Source: an archaeon
GTDB lineage: Archaea; Nanobdellota; Nanobdellia; Woesearchaeales; UBA9642
DNA: 64,000 bases
NCBI GenBank assembly: GCA_020057295.1
Contig: JAGVGF010000002.1
Location: forward strand, 64,001-128,000
Direction of reading: 5' to 3'
In this document: positions 9,769 through 19,904 of the stretch, one piece after another
Numbering within the stretch: the stretch's first letter is position 1
How the letters are laid out: each line of letters begins with the position of its first letter
Notes under the pieces: generated by a model
Told to the model about the DNA's origin: nothing
The model's input: only the letters and a program-made list of their open reading frames with translations
Database searches by the model: none
Position numbers and translations under genes: made by a program

Positions 9769-9817
9769 GTAATTTGTTATTACGCAGTGAATACAAAATA
9801 TTTTGTTTTTTTAACTT

Positions 9818-10177
9818 TTATATATTTATCAATACTATTCCTAATATTATAAAACATATCCCTATCCATTTATAATTATTCATACGCTCTTTCAAATAAT
9901 ATATTGATAAGATTGTAACAAAAATGTATGACATAGAACTTAAAGGATATACTACTGATAAATTTCCAAGTTTTAATGCTAACACGAAAAATATTCCAGA
10001 TATTCCATATAATGCTATTCCACAGATTATATAATAATTTTTTATGATTTTAATTATTCCGTTAATTGTTATTTCTAATGTAAATTTTTTTGATCCTTTT
10101 TTTAGTAATGTTGTTCCTATAGCATTACCTATTGTTGCTATTAATACAAATAATATTATAACTACTGAATTATTCAT
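9818..10177 (-). CDS. SMR/EamA-family (ArnE/ArnF-like) small membrane transporter
   Basis: 119 aa, 4 TMs, ALKLGNLSVVYPLSSMSYIF...LKE motif. Confidence 0.8.
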   Translation of the reverse strand: MNNSVVIILFVLIATIGNAIGTTLLKKGSKKFTLEITINGIIKIIKNYYIICGIALYGISGIFFVLALKLGNLSVVYPLSSMSYIFVTILSIYYLKERMNNYKWIGICFIILGIVLINI

Positions 10178-10533
10178 TTTTTAATACCTGCACCAATAAA
10201 CGATACTCCTACTATTATGAGTAAAATTCCAGTCATATTAATATATGATACAGTCTCATTAAATATTATCATCGCAAGAACTGTCGTCCATATAAAACTT
10301 AATGCAACAAACGGATATAAAAGCGATACATCTCCATGTTTAAGTGCTAATATTAATAGCATAGATGCTGTAAAATACAAAATCAATCCTAAAATTAATG
10401 GAATGTTAGTTATAATTTGATAAAAACTATCAATATTCTTTGTAGAAAGCTTTAATAATATTTGCGCAGCGGCGGTAATAAAACTACACAATATAACTAA
10501 TCCAACAGCCAAAAATTTATTGCTATAATTCAT
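10174..10533 (-). CDS. SMR/EamA-family (ArnE/ArnF-like) small membrane transporter
   Basis: 119 aa, 4 TMs, AQILLK and ALKHGDVSLLYPFVALSFIW...FNE; ATGA overlap with its paralog. Confidence 0.8.
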   Translation of the reverse strand: MNYSNKFLAVGLVILCSFITAAAQILLKLSTKNIDSFYQIITNIPLILGLILYFTASMLLILALKHGDVSLLYPFVALSFIWTTVLAMIIFNETVSYINMTGILLIIVGVSFIGAGIKK

Positions 10534-10537
10534 TTTA

Positions 10538-13456
10538 TTAAGAATTTACAGGCCACTTTACTTTCCAAATTATTATTCTAGTGCCAGTAATATCTGTAAC
10601 ATCAGAGAATTTCTCAAAATTATTCATATACTTACCATCTAAGTAAAATAATTTTGTGAATGTAGATTCTAACAATATTGGATCCGAGATTAATGCTGAA
10701 TATCTAGTCTGATTATTTGATCTATCTATATTTAATAATAATCCAAGATTCATTGTAGTATTATCTACATCGTATCTTTTCATCTCTTCATCTGCTATTA
10801 CTAAACTCTTCCAGAATGCTACGTTTTCTCCAACTTTGGAATTAGTTGCTTTATCGTATATTCCTATTAATACTTGTGAACTTTCTGGATTAGTTAAATT
10901 TATTGCAGCACGCTGTAATACTATATTTTGTTGTCCGTTACTTCCAATGCCTAGATTTAGATCACATAATACTAAGTCTTTAGTATAATTTACACAACCA
11001 ATTAAACTACCTGTTGCATAACTAGGCCATGTTGATATCCAATCATTCATCTCTCTATCTGTTTGTAATGCTTGAACTTCATAATATATTCTTGAAGCTT
11101 CATCCGCGCTATACTGGAAGAAACTACTTCTTTCTTTGAATCGTTCTTCCATTATTTTCATTGCTTCATCATAAGGTTTTGTTCTTACATTATTTATTAT
11201 GAATGCTTTATCAAAGTCCCATGTTCCAAAGTGTGCCCATACACCGGCTTTTCCTACCATATCTTCTGACGTTATGAAATAGTTCTCTGGAGGATTACAA
11301 TGTGTTAATAATAATATTTTATCTATCTCACTTGAAGTGTAACCATAAATTTCAAGAGTTTTTCTAGCTTGAGTTTTATCTTGTATTACTATTTCATCAA
11401 CTATATTTTGAGTTCTTTCTGTATCATTATACTTTTTATTCATCTCGTCAAATCCTGTTGTACTACCACAATCTAATATTCTTAATAATCCTGTTGCTCT
11501 CTTCTCATCGCTAGTTGTTAATGTTTGTGCAAGGTATTGTACGAATGGTCCACTCTGTGCAGAGCCATCTGCTGTTACTTTACGTTCAGCAACATATTTG
11601 AACCAGTGTCCGAAATCCCACCAAGAGTTTATTATTGCATCAGGTTTTGATTCTTCTCTTATTTTTGTTAATGAATCCCACCATCCAATAGTCATTGATG
11701 GCATATAACTTTTACCTGTAGCAATTCCTGCTTGTATGGGAATTATCAATATTAAACACAATAGTGCAAATACTATTAGTTTTGAAATGTTTTCCTTAAC
11801 ATTTAATCCTTCATGGAATAATCTAGAAATATATTCGTAAATATATCCTATAGCAACTCCTAATGCTACAGAGAATGCGGGTATAAGCAATAGATTAAAT
11901 CTTATGCCCTTGATACTAGCATATATCATAAACACGTACCATATTCCAAGTATTAATGGAATCTTAATATCGTGTTTAGAATCTTTATCTAGTAATATGT
12001 TTAGTATGCCTAGTGCTATTGGTATAAGTAGAACTATAGTATATACTGTTGGATTCATACCATATCCTATGGAAGATGTAAGTATAGCATATACTATTAT
12101 TGCAATTATTAATAATATATATTCCTTAGTTGTTGGTTTCTTTCCTACTAGCAAGAATATTATTCCAAGTAATGATATCGCAAAGAGTATTGGTATCCCA
12201 AATCCTATCTGCCCAACTGTTGTCGCAACATTACCCTCATTTAATTCTGCGACTGTAGTCATAATATTAGGCCATAATTCTGCTTGAGCAGCAACTTTAA
12301 GGTTTGCATTAACAGTAAACGGCGTCATGAACACTCCGAAAAATGCTCCTATACTTCCAGCAAATAAACTTACAAATATTGCCGAAAAAACGAATATGCT
12401 AGCAAATAATATTAATTCTTGTTGAATATGTTTTTCTTTCCAGAAGTGTATGCGTTTATGATGCATGTAGTCTTTAACGATTATAAATCCTATGTGTCCT
12501 ATTATAGCTAATAACATAAATAAGAATATATACCAGTAGCCACCCCATGCAAAACTAAATAATCCCATCAATAGACCCGTAAGACCACCGAGTAAAATTT
12601 TATTTAAAGTGTTTCTAGCATCATATGCTTCTAAAAATATCCAGATTATTACAAGTGGGAAAACTACATTCCATATATCAGTATCGGATCCTAGACTTCT
12701 AGAAATTAATAATGGACTTAATGCAAATAGCATTGCAGCGAAAAATCCTCCGACTTCATTCATTAATTTTCTACCAATAAAGAATGCTGCTATAGCTCCA
12801 ATGACTGCCAATAATGTTGGTAGATAGAATTGTGCCTGCATTAAATTAATTTTAGAATCGAAGAAATGTAAAAATTTGTATAACACAAATATTCCGTAAG
12901 GATGCATTGTTGCACCAACCGGTGTACCTATAGGCGCAATCATTTTTGTATCTATACAGATATTGTTTTCTATCTTATCACATACTACCCCGTTTCTTTC
13001 AATATTTCTAGCTTGATTCAAATAGTAGTATGAGTCTAAATCTCCTAAGAACGTGTATGTGTTATTATTTTCTTGATATTGAAATCCTGTTTTAAAATAA
13101 TTTGATGTTTGCATTACTTGTTGTTCAACATATGCTTCGTTAGTTTTTAAAAAACCAGCAAATTGTTCGTCAACAAGTTTTTGACGCTGTACTACTGGTA
13201 GATTTGGATATTGTGCATTAATGTTTTGTGCAATACCGTTTTTATAATAATTATATACTGCATTACGTGACATGTCATCTGTTGCAGGCAAATATTGTGG
13301 TAGAACTCTAATATACACTGTTAAAGCCACAGGTATAAGAATAAGTAATAATAGTATTAATATGTTTAAATTTTTTGGTGTAAAGAAATTCCTAATTTTT
13401 GTAAAATCGATTTTTACATCATCTTTTTTATCATGTTCATCAGTCAATTTGTACAC
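10538..13456 (-). CDS. aglB: Oligosaccharyltransferase AglB (STT3 family)
   Basis: DLDSYYY (EL1), SDTD (DxD), TVAEL (TIXE-like) and SWWDFGH (WWDYG-like) motifs; many TMs. Confidence 0.95.
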   Translation of the reverse strand: MYKLTDEHDKKDDVKIDFTKIRNFFTPKNLNILILLLLILIPVALTVYIRVLPQYLPATDDMSRNAVYNYYKNGIAQNINAQYPNLPVVQRQKLVDEQFAGFLKTNEAYVEQQVMQTSNYFKTGFQYQENNNTYTFLGDLDSYYYLNQARNIERNGVVCDKIENNICIDTKMIAPIGTPVGATMHPYGIFVLYKFLHFFDSKINLMQAQFYLPTLLAVIGAIAAFFIGRKLMNEVGGFFAAMLFALSPLLISRSLGSDTDIWNVVFPLVIIWIFLEAYDARNTLNKILLGGLTGLLMGLFSFAWGGYWYIFLFMLLAIIGHIGFIIVKDYMHHKRIHFWKEKHIQQELILFASIFVFSAIFVSLFAGSIGAFFGVFMTPFTVNANLKVAAQAELWPNIMTTVAELNEGNVATTVGQIGFGIPILFAISLLGIIFLLVGKKPTTKEYILLIIAIIVYAILTSSIGYGMNPTVYTIVLLIPIALGILNILLDKDSKHDIKIPLILGIWYVFMIYASIKGIRFNLLLIPAFSVALGVAIGYIYEYISRLFHEGLNVKENISKLIVFALLCLILIIPIQAGIATGKSYMPSMTIGWWDSLTKIREESKPDAIINSWWDFGHWFKYVAERKVTADGSAQSGPFVQYLAQTLTTSDEKRATGLLRILDCGSTTGFDEMNKKYNDTERTQNIVDEIVIQDKTQARKTLEIYGYTSSEIDKILLLTHCNPPENYFITSEDMVGKAGVWAHFGTWDFDKAFIINNVRTKPYDEAMKIMEERFKERSSFFQYSADEASRIYYEVQALQTDREMNDWISTWPSYATGSLIGCVNYTKDLVLCDLNLGIGSNGQQNIVLQRAAINLTNPESSQVLIGIYDKATNSKVGENVAFWKSLVIADEEMKRYDVDNTTMNLGLLLNIDRSNNQTRYSALISDPILLESTFTKLFYLDGKYMNNFEKFSDVTDITGTRIIIWKVKWPVNS

Positions 13457-13504
13457 CCCATAAAAGTTTTATAATTTGGTTTATAAATTTGATTAAACTA
13501 TGTT

Positions 13505-14869
13505 CTATTTTTTTATATTATCTTCCACTATTGTCCATATTATCGCAAGCCCTCCAGCGGCAAAAATTATATCTAAAGGAGTAGTTGGCGCCTTATATCT
13601 TGCTAGATATACTGTTATCCCAAAAAAGAACCAAGCGATAAGATAAATTAGATAGAATGGTATAAAATTTTTCCATTTTTGTATTGATACTATTACTCCT
13701 ATAAGTGTAAATATCCAAAAGAACCATAATTGAGCAAGTAATGACTTAGGATTTTTAATTAATCTTTGGAATGCTTCTAGATTAGGAAATAACCAGTATT
13801 GCATAGAAAATTGATACATTTTATTAATAGTTTTATCCGGATTGTTTAGAATGTAGTTAATAGCATATTTTGTTGTACACTTATTTTGCTTATACACAAA
13901 ATCATTTAATTCTTTCTTCGTTAAATTAGCGGCCGTACCCTTTCTATATATTTCTCCGCAATTACCATCAGATGTGTTTGTATCATATACATAATCCCAT
14001 TTATAAACGCTAGTCATCCATAATGTTCCTTCAGGGTTGTTGCCTAGATAGAGATTCAATCCAGAATTAGAATTAATAAATATTGGATGTCCATAATCTA
14101 AAGAAGTGTATATACACCAAGGTATAAGTATTATTGAAGCTCCAACAATAAATAATCCTAAAGGCATTATACCTCTCTTAAATATTTTTATATCTATTTT
14201 TTTATTGTTATGATAGAATATTAAGAATAATACAAGTACAAATCCAAACATTAATCCAGGAATTTTACTTAATGCCGCTATCCCAGACAAAATACCTATA
14301 TATATGTATTTACTTTTTGTTTCGTTATCTATTGATTTTGCTGTTAAGTATATTGCCCAGCTGAAAGCAAAAATCATCCAAAATTCCGTCCATAAATGTG
14401 CACTATAATAAACAATGTATGGATGAACTAGTGCGAGCAAACATGCAATGAATGCTGCTGTTTCACCAAAGAATTTCTTTGTTGGATAGAATAAAAAGTA
14501 CGCTATGAGTAAAGACGCTATTATTTGAATTATTCTTCCAATATAATGATCAGGTCCAAAAATCGCATAGACCCCTACAAGGTATATTGTTTCTAGAGGA
14601 TTAAAATATGAGCTAATGGTTGCTTTTCCGTTCAAGAAATCTATTGCATTGAGGTTATATCCCCATGCATCACTACCAACAAATTCGTCGTTTAATCCTA
14701 TGTTAGCTTCAGATATTTTTAAGTATAATGATAATATTATGAATAGAATTAATATTGCTGTTTTTATGGGATGTTTTTTTATTATATTAATAAAAGATTT
14801 CATTCTTTCAGTTATTTTTTCTTCTATTTTCTCTTTTGATTTGCCTGAATCAATCATAATAACCCCCAT
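13505..14869 (-). CDS. GT-C fold glycosyltransferase (ArnT/PMT_2, GT39/83-like)
   Basis: SDAWGY N-loop, YSAHLWTE, GIAALSK, NSGLNLYLGNNP and ARYKAP motifs; about 11 TMs. Confidence 0.8.
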   Translation of the reverse strand: MGVIMIDSGKSKEKIEEKITERMKSFINIIKKHPIKTAILILFIILSLYLKISEANIGLNDEFVGSDAWGYNLNAIDFLNGKATISSYFNPLETIYLVGVYAIFGPDHYIGRIIQIIASLLIAYFLFYPTKKFFGETAAFIACLLALVHPYIVYYSAHLWTEFWMIFAFSWAIYLTAKSIDNETKSKYIYIGILSGIAALSKIPGLMFGFVLVLFLIFYHNNKKIDIKIFKRGIMPLGLFIVGASIILIPWCIYTSLDYGHPIFINSNSGLNLYLGNNPEGTLWMTSVYKWDYVYDTNTSDGNCGEIYRKGTAANLTKKELNDFVYKQNKCTTKYAINYILNNPDKTINKMYQFSMQYWLFPNLEAFQRLIKNPKSLLAQLWFFWIFTLIGVIVSIQKWKNFIPFYLIYLIAWFFFGITVYLARYKAPTTPLDIIFAAGGLAIIWTIVEDNIKK

Positions 14870-15020
14870 CCTTATTGTTAGAGTAAATTGTATTCATAAT
14901 TATAAATATTTCGAAAAACCCTTGAATTTTAGATTTTAATAATTTAAATTGAAAATATTTATTAATTACTCCACTATTCTGTTCTTTATAGTAATTAGTG
15001 ATATAATATGGTGATATGTT

Positions 15021-15740
15021 ATGTATAAAAATCAGAAAGTATCTGTCGTTTTTTCAACATATAACGAGAAACAAACTATTAGGCAACAGATTAATGATTG
15101 TTTTGCTATACCTTATGTTGATGAAGTTGTTGTAGTTAATAATAATGCAGCAAAAGGTACTACAGAGGAAGTTCGTAAAACTAAAGCTAAATTATTCTTT
15201 GAAACTAAACAAGGTTACGGTCACGGTTATCAGAGAGGATTAAAAGAAGCTACGGGAAATATTATAATTATGTCTGAACCTGATGGAACATTTCATCACA
15301 AAGATATTATTAAACTTTTAGATTATTCTGACGAATTCGATGTGGTTTTTGGAACAAGAACTACTCAAGCTACTATAATGAAAAATGCTAATATGGGTTT
15401 TTTTCTAAAATGGGGTAACTGGTTTATAGCTAAATTAATAGAAGTAGGATATAATACTACACATTTAAGCGATGTCGGTTGTACAATGAGATTAATAAAA
15501 AAATCTGCATTAAGGAAGATACAACCCCATTTTACCATTGGTGGTTCAACATTCGGTCCACAATTCATGGTCCTAGTAGTATTGAAAAAAATTCCTCACG
15601 TAGAAATACCAGTACATTATGGTACTAGGGTAGGTAAATCTATGGGTACAAAAAATAAATTCAACGCATTTATAATGGGATTAAAAATGATTTGGATTGT
15701 ATTCAGTTACAGAATCAAGGGTTGGTTTAAGAAATATTGA
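15021..15740 (+). CDS. GT2 glycosyltransferase, polyprenol-phosphate glycosyltransferase (DPM1/ArnC-like)
   Basis: STYNE, GYGHG, EPDGT, DVVFGTR, DVGCTMR, EIPVHYGTRVG. Confidence 0.85.
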   Translation: MYKNQKVSVVFSTYNEKQTIRQQINDCFAIPYVDEVVVVNNNAAKGTTEEVRKTKAKLFFETKQGYGHGYQRGLKEATGNIIIMSEPDGTFHHKDIIKLLDYSDEFDVVFGTRTTQATIMKNANMGFFLKWGNWFIAKLIEVGYNTTHLSDVGCTMRLIKKSALRKIQPHFTIGGSTFGPQFMVLVVLKKIPHVEIPVHYGTRVGKSMGTKNKFNAFIMGLKMIWIVFSYRIKGWFKKY

Positions 15741-15767
15741 TTGATAGTTTATTATTCGAGGTGTCAC

Positions 15768-16415
15768 ATGATTAATGTCAACAAAATTTATGAGAGACGA
15801 TTTGGTAAAGATGCTGTTTTTAGACAGAAAATGTATTCTGTGTTATGTTCAAAATTTTTCCAAAAATATATTTCTAAAAATGCTACGGTTTTAGATGTGG
15901 CTGCAGGATATTGCGAATTCATTAATAACATTCAAGCAAAGCATAAAATTGCTTTAGATATTAATCCTGATATAAGAAAATTTGCAGATAAATCGGTAAA
16001 GATTATACTAGCACCATCTACGGATATGAGCAAAATTTATTCTAACACTATAGATAATGTTTTCATAAGTAACTTTTTTGAACATATAACAAAAGAGGAT
16101 ATAATTAAGACACTTAATGAAATTCATCGTGTATTAAAAAAAGGCGGAAAATTAATGATATTACAACCTAATATTCGTTATAGTTATAATGATTATTGGA
16201 TGTTTTTTGATCACATAACGCCTTTAGATGATAGAAGTTTATGTGAAGTCCTAGAATTGACGAATTTTAAAATCGTTGAGTCTAGGCCAAAATTCTTGCC
16301 TTATTCCACAAAAAGTAAGCTACCAAAATCTATAATATTATTGAGAATATATCTTAAGTTGCCAATACTACAAAGAATTATGGGTAAGCAAGCATTTGTT
16401 GTTGCACAAAAATAA
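15768..16415 (+). CDS. Class I SAM-dependent methyltransferase
   Basis: VLDVAAGYC motif I, SNFFEHI, RVLKKGG; ATG at 15768 chosen because GAGGTG precedes it. Confidence 0.85.
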   Translation: MINVNKIYERRFGKDAVFRQKMYSVLCSKFFQKYISKNATVLDVAAGYCEFINNIQAKHKIALDINPDIRKFADKSVKIILAPSTDMSKIYSNTIDNVFISNFFEHITKEDIIKTLNEIHRVLKKGGKLMILQPNIRYSYNDYWMFFDHITPLDDRSLCEVLELTNFKIVESRPKFLPYSTKSKLPKSIILLRIYLKLPILQRIMGKQAFVVAQK

Positions 16416-16509
16416 TTAAGATTATGTTCCGCGTATGTGTTGACTTAAGTGTGTACTTTCAGATTTGAAATTAATAAACTTAATAAAACATTTGTCCTTC
16501 TAGTGTTTT

Positions 16510-17181
16510 ATGAAGATTTTTGTAGTACTGCCCGCGTATAATGAAGAGAAACAGATTGGTAATGTTATTCGTTCTCTTAAAAAGAATGGTTATAAGAATA
16601 TTGTTGTTGTAGATGATGGTAGTTCCGATAAGACTTCGAGTATTTCTAGAAAAGAAGGTGCTATTGTTGTACGTAATATTATGAATATGGGTGTTGGCGG
16701 AGCCAGTGTTGCTGGTATTGAATATTCGTTTAGGATTGGAGCAGATATTGTTGTCACAATAGATTCTGATGGTCAGCATGATGTGAAGGACATAAAAAAA
16801 GTTATTACACCATTGTTAAATAATAGTGCAGATGTTGTTAGTGGATCCAGAATGTTCAATCCAAAGGGCATGCCTTTAATAAGAAGAATTGGTAATTTCG
16901 GTCTAAGTTTTATAACATTTATTTTATTTGGTATATGGTCTACAGATTCACAAAGTGGTTTCAGGGCAGTCACAAAACATGCCTGGAAAAAGATGCATAT
17001 AAAAGCTACAGGTTATGAATATAATTCTGACATGTTACGAGAGGTAAGATACCAAAATTTAAGGTTTAAAGAAGTTCCTATACGTGTAATATATACAGAA
17101 TATTCGTTATCTAAAGGTCAAAGTGTTATGGGAGGAGTTAGGACATTTATTAGTATACTAAAAAGAAGATTTTTAGGTTAG
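16510..17181 (+). CDS. GT2 glycosyltransferase (DPM1-like)
   Basis: LPAYNEE, VVDDGSSD, DSDGQHD, DSQSGFR. Confidence 0.9.
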   Translation: MKIFVVLPAYNEEKQIGNVIRSLKKNGYKNIVVVDDGSSDKTSSISRKEGAIVVRNIMNMGVGGASVAGIEYSFRIGADIVVTIDSDGQHDVKDIKKVITPLLNNSADVVSGSRMFNPKGMPLIRRIGNFGLSFITFILFGIWSTDSQSGFRAVTKHAWKKMHIKATGYEYNSDMLREVRYQNLRFKEVPIRVIYTEYSLSKGQSVMGGVRTFISILKRRFLG

Positions 17182-17246
17182 TTTTTCTTGAGTTAAAATT
17201 AGCAAATTATATAAATGCACATTCTTTCTCGTAGAGTGGTGGTATA

Positions 17247-17591
17247 ATGAATATAGTTCAAATGCTAATTATAATTTTTGCTGTATATGCTATAGTTAAA
17301 GTAGTTCTTAGACTGAGAGATAAATCATTAAGTCCTGTAGAATCTTTTTTATGGGCTATACTTTGGGTTGGAGTGATATTCGCTGCCATATTCCCTAACA
17401 CACTCATAGAACTTTCTAATGATTTAGGTTTGGGAAAAACATTGAATATGTTAGTATATCTTAGCATATTATTATTGTTCTATTTAGTGTTTAGATTGTA
17501 TAGTGCGCTTGACAAGTTAGATCATAGATTCAACACGCTTGTCAAAGAATTAAGTATTGAACGTACGATTAAACGTAAAAAAAGTAAGTGA
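17247..17591 (+). CDS. DUF2304-like membrane protein (GT2 partner)
   Basis: 3 TMs, LW..LW, LGLG, C-terminal LVKELSI coiled segment; directly follows a DPM1-like GT2. Confidence 0.7.
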   Translation: MNIVQMLIIIFAVYAIVKVVLRLRDKSLSPVESFLWAILWVGVIFAAIFPNTLIELSNDLGLGKTLNMLVYLSILLLFYLVFRLYSALDKLDHRFNTLVKELSIERTIKRKKSK

Positions 17592-17613
17592 AAAATAGGT
17601 TTGAAGAAATAAA

Positions 17614-18708
17614 ATGAAAATTTTAATTATATGTCCTGATTGGTTTCCGAATATTTCAGGTTTTGGAATATCTGCATATGAGTTCTCTCAAGAATTACTT
17701 AAAGATAAGCATGAAGTAACAATAATAACATCTTCTCAGAAAAATCTTGATAAAAAAGGATTAAACGTTGTGAGTGTTAAAATGTTGTTTAACCCGTTAG
17801 GCAGAAATCCTATAGTTTTCGGATTGTACAATAAAATTAAGAATGTCGATTATGATGTAATATTGTTGTATAGTTATATGTATGAAATGAATGTGCGTGT
17901 GGCATTATACAGAAAATTAGGTTTAATAAAAAAACCTGTTATTTTAATGTACAGAGGCAGTTTAGAAAATGATGTACTGCCCTTCTTGAAAACATCGACA
18001 AAGATAGCGAAAAAAACATATGATGCAACACTTGCTAGAATGTTATTCAAAAATGTTGATTATACTATTTCTAATTCTAAACCAACATTAAAGCTAATTA
18101 ACGAAAAATATCTTGTCTCACATAAAAAAATGTCTTATATTTCTAGCGGCATACCTGTTATGGATTTTAAGAGAAGTAAGCTAAGTAATAAACGTGTATT
18201 ATTTAATGGAAGGTTAATAGAAAATAAGGGTATAAACTTTTTTGGAAAAATATTAGAAACTATTCCAAAAGATTGGAAGTTTACAATTATTGGAGATGGT
18301 CCATTAGAGAAAGAAATTTTGAGATTAAAAAAGAAATATAAAAATATTGAATATTTAGGCAAGGTTTCACACGCTGTTGCTAAAGAAATGTACTCAAAGG
18401 CAGACATACTAATATTACCAACATTTGCTGAAGGATCGCCGCGTGTAGTTCTAGAAGCATGTGCATCGGGAGTTCCATCGATAGCATTTAACGTCGGGGA
18501 TGTTCCAACAATACTTGATAACAATAAGAATGGTTATTGTATAGAAAGATATAACATAGAAAAATTTACAGAAAAATTAGAATTATTGATAAAAAATAGG
18601 GAATTAAGAAAAAAATTAGGCGATAATGCCTATACTTTTGCAAGAAAAAATTTAGACTGGAAAATTGTTTATAAAAAAATGCTTAAAGAAATTAGAGGTT
18701 TGTTATGA
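17614..18708 (+). CDS. GT4 (GT-B) glycosyltransferase
   Basis: GRLIENKG and EGSPRVVLEACASG (Ex7E) motifs. Confidence 0.9.
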   Translation: MKILIICPDWFPNISGFGISAYEFSQELLKDKHEVTIITSSQKNLDKKGLNVVSVKMLFNPLGRNPIVFGLYNKIKNVDYDVILLYSYMYEMNVRVALYRKLGLIKKPVILMYRGSLENDVLPFLKTSTKIAKKTYDATLARMLFKNVDYTISNSKPTLKLINEKYLVSHKKMSYISSGIPVMDFKRSKLSNKRVLFNGRLIENKGINFFGKILETIPKDWKFTIIGDGPLEKEILRLKKKYKNIEYLGKVSHAVAKEMYSKADILILPTFAEGSPRVVLEACASGVPSIAFNVGDVPTILDNNKNGYCIERYNIEKFTEKLELLIKNRELRKKLGDNAYTFARKNLDWKIVYKKMLKEIRGLL

Positions 18709-19904
18709 AGAAAAAAATATTCTTCCTAATAAATTCTCTTGAGATAGGAGGATCTGAAAGAGTAATATTAGAATTATACAATCGTTTATCGAACAAATAT
18801 GATGTAAAATTGATAACACTAAAAAATGTTACAAATTATGATTCTAAAATCAAAACAATTTCTTTAAGTAAAGTTACAAAAACATCTAGAATGCTGGTTC
18901 ATATTTCTTCTTATGTAAAAAAATTAAAAAAAATTATTACAGAAGAAAAACCTGATGTTTTAGTAAGTTTTTTGGAACTGAGTAACTTAGTCAATATATT
19001 TGCATGTAAAAATACAAAAACTAAATGTGTTATATCTGTGAGATCTACTCTCTCTGAAGTTTATGATAGAGGAATATATGGTAAAACATTTACTTATTTG
19101 ATAAAAAAATTTTATCCGAAAGCCGACATAATCATAACTAATTCTAAATACTCAAAAATTGATTTAGTAAAAAGTTTTAACATTCCAGAAAAAAAAATAT
19201 CGACGGTTTACAATCCATTAAACATAGAAAATGTTCAAAAATCTTCAATCGAAAAAATAGAGCGGAAATATGCTTCAATATTCGATGGCAAATCTAAGAT
19301 ATTGATTACCGTCGGTAGATTAATTGATGCGAAAGCACATCCAAATTTATTGCGTGTATTCTATAATTTAAAAAAAGAAGTAAAAAATGTGAAACTAGTA
19401 ATCGTTGGAGATGGTCCATGGATGCAGAAACTCAAAGACATTATTAAAGAATTAGAATTAGAATCAGATGTATTCTTACTTGGCAGCCAGAAAAACCCTT
19501 ACAAATATGTGAAAAAATCAGATATTTTCGTATATTCTTCAGTATATGAAGGTTTTCCTAATGCATTAATCGAAGGAATGGCTTGTGGAGTTCCTGTGAT
19601 TTCTACCGATTGTAGATCTGGACCAAGAGAAATATTAGCTCCAGAAACCAATGTTCTAACGCAGGCCAAAAAATTAGAATTTGTCAAATATGGTTTATTA
19701 TCTCCTGTTTTCAAGAAAGAACTAAACACAGACATTCACGCTTCCCTAAGCAAAGAGGAAGAGATATTTATGAGTGGCATAAAAACTCTTTTAAATAGTA
19801 AGAAATTATCAAAATCGTACGCTATTAAGGGTGAACTTAGGATTAAAGATTTTAATAGCGAAAATATGGCTAAAAATTTTTTAAAAACGATTAAGGTGAA
19901 TTGA
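18705..19904 (+). CDS. GT4 (GT-B) glycosyltransferase
   Basis: GGSER, VGRLIDAK, EGFPNALIEGMACG, STDCRSGPREI. Confidence 0.9.
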   Translation: MKKKIFFLINSLEIGGSERVILELYNRLSNKYDVKLITLKNVTNYDSKIKTISLSKVTKTSRMLVHISSYVKKLKKIITEEKPDVLVSFLELSNLVNIFACKNTKTKCVISVRSTLSEVYDRGIYGKTFTYLIKKFYPKADIIITNSKYSKIDLVKSFNIPEKKISTVYNPLNIENVQKSSIEKIERKYASIFDGKSKILITVGRLIDAKAHPNLLRVFYNLKKEVKNVKLVIVGDGPWMQKLKDIIKELELESDVFLLGSQKNPYKYVKKSDIFVYSSVYEGFPNALIEGMACGVPVISTDCRSGPREILAPETNVLTQAKKLEFVKYGLLSPVFKKELNTDIHASLSKEEEIFMSGIKTLLNSKKLSKSYAIKGELRIKDFNSENMAKNFLKTIKVN

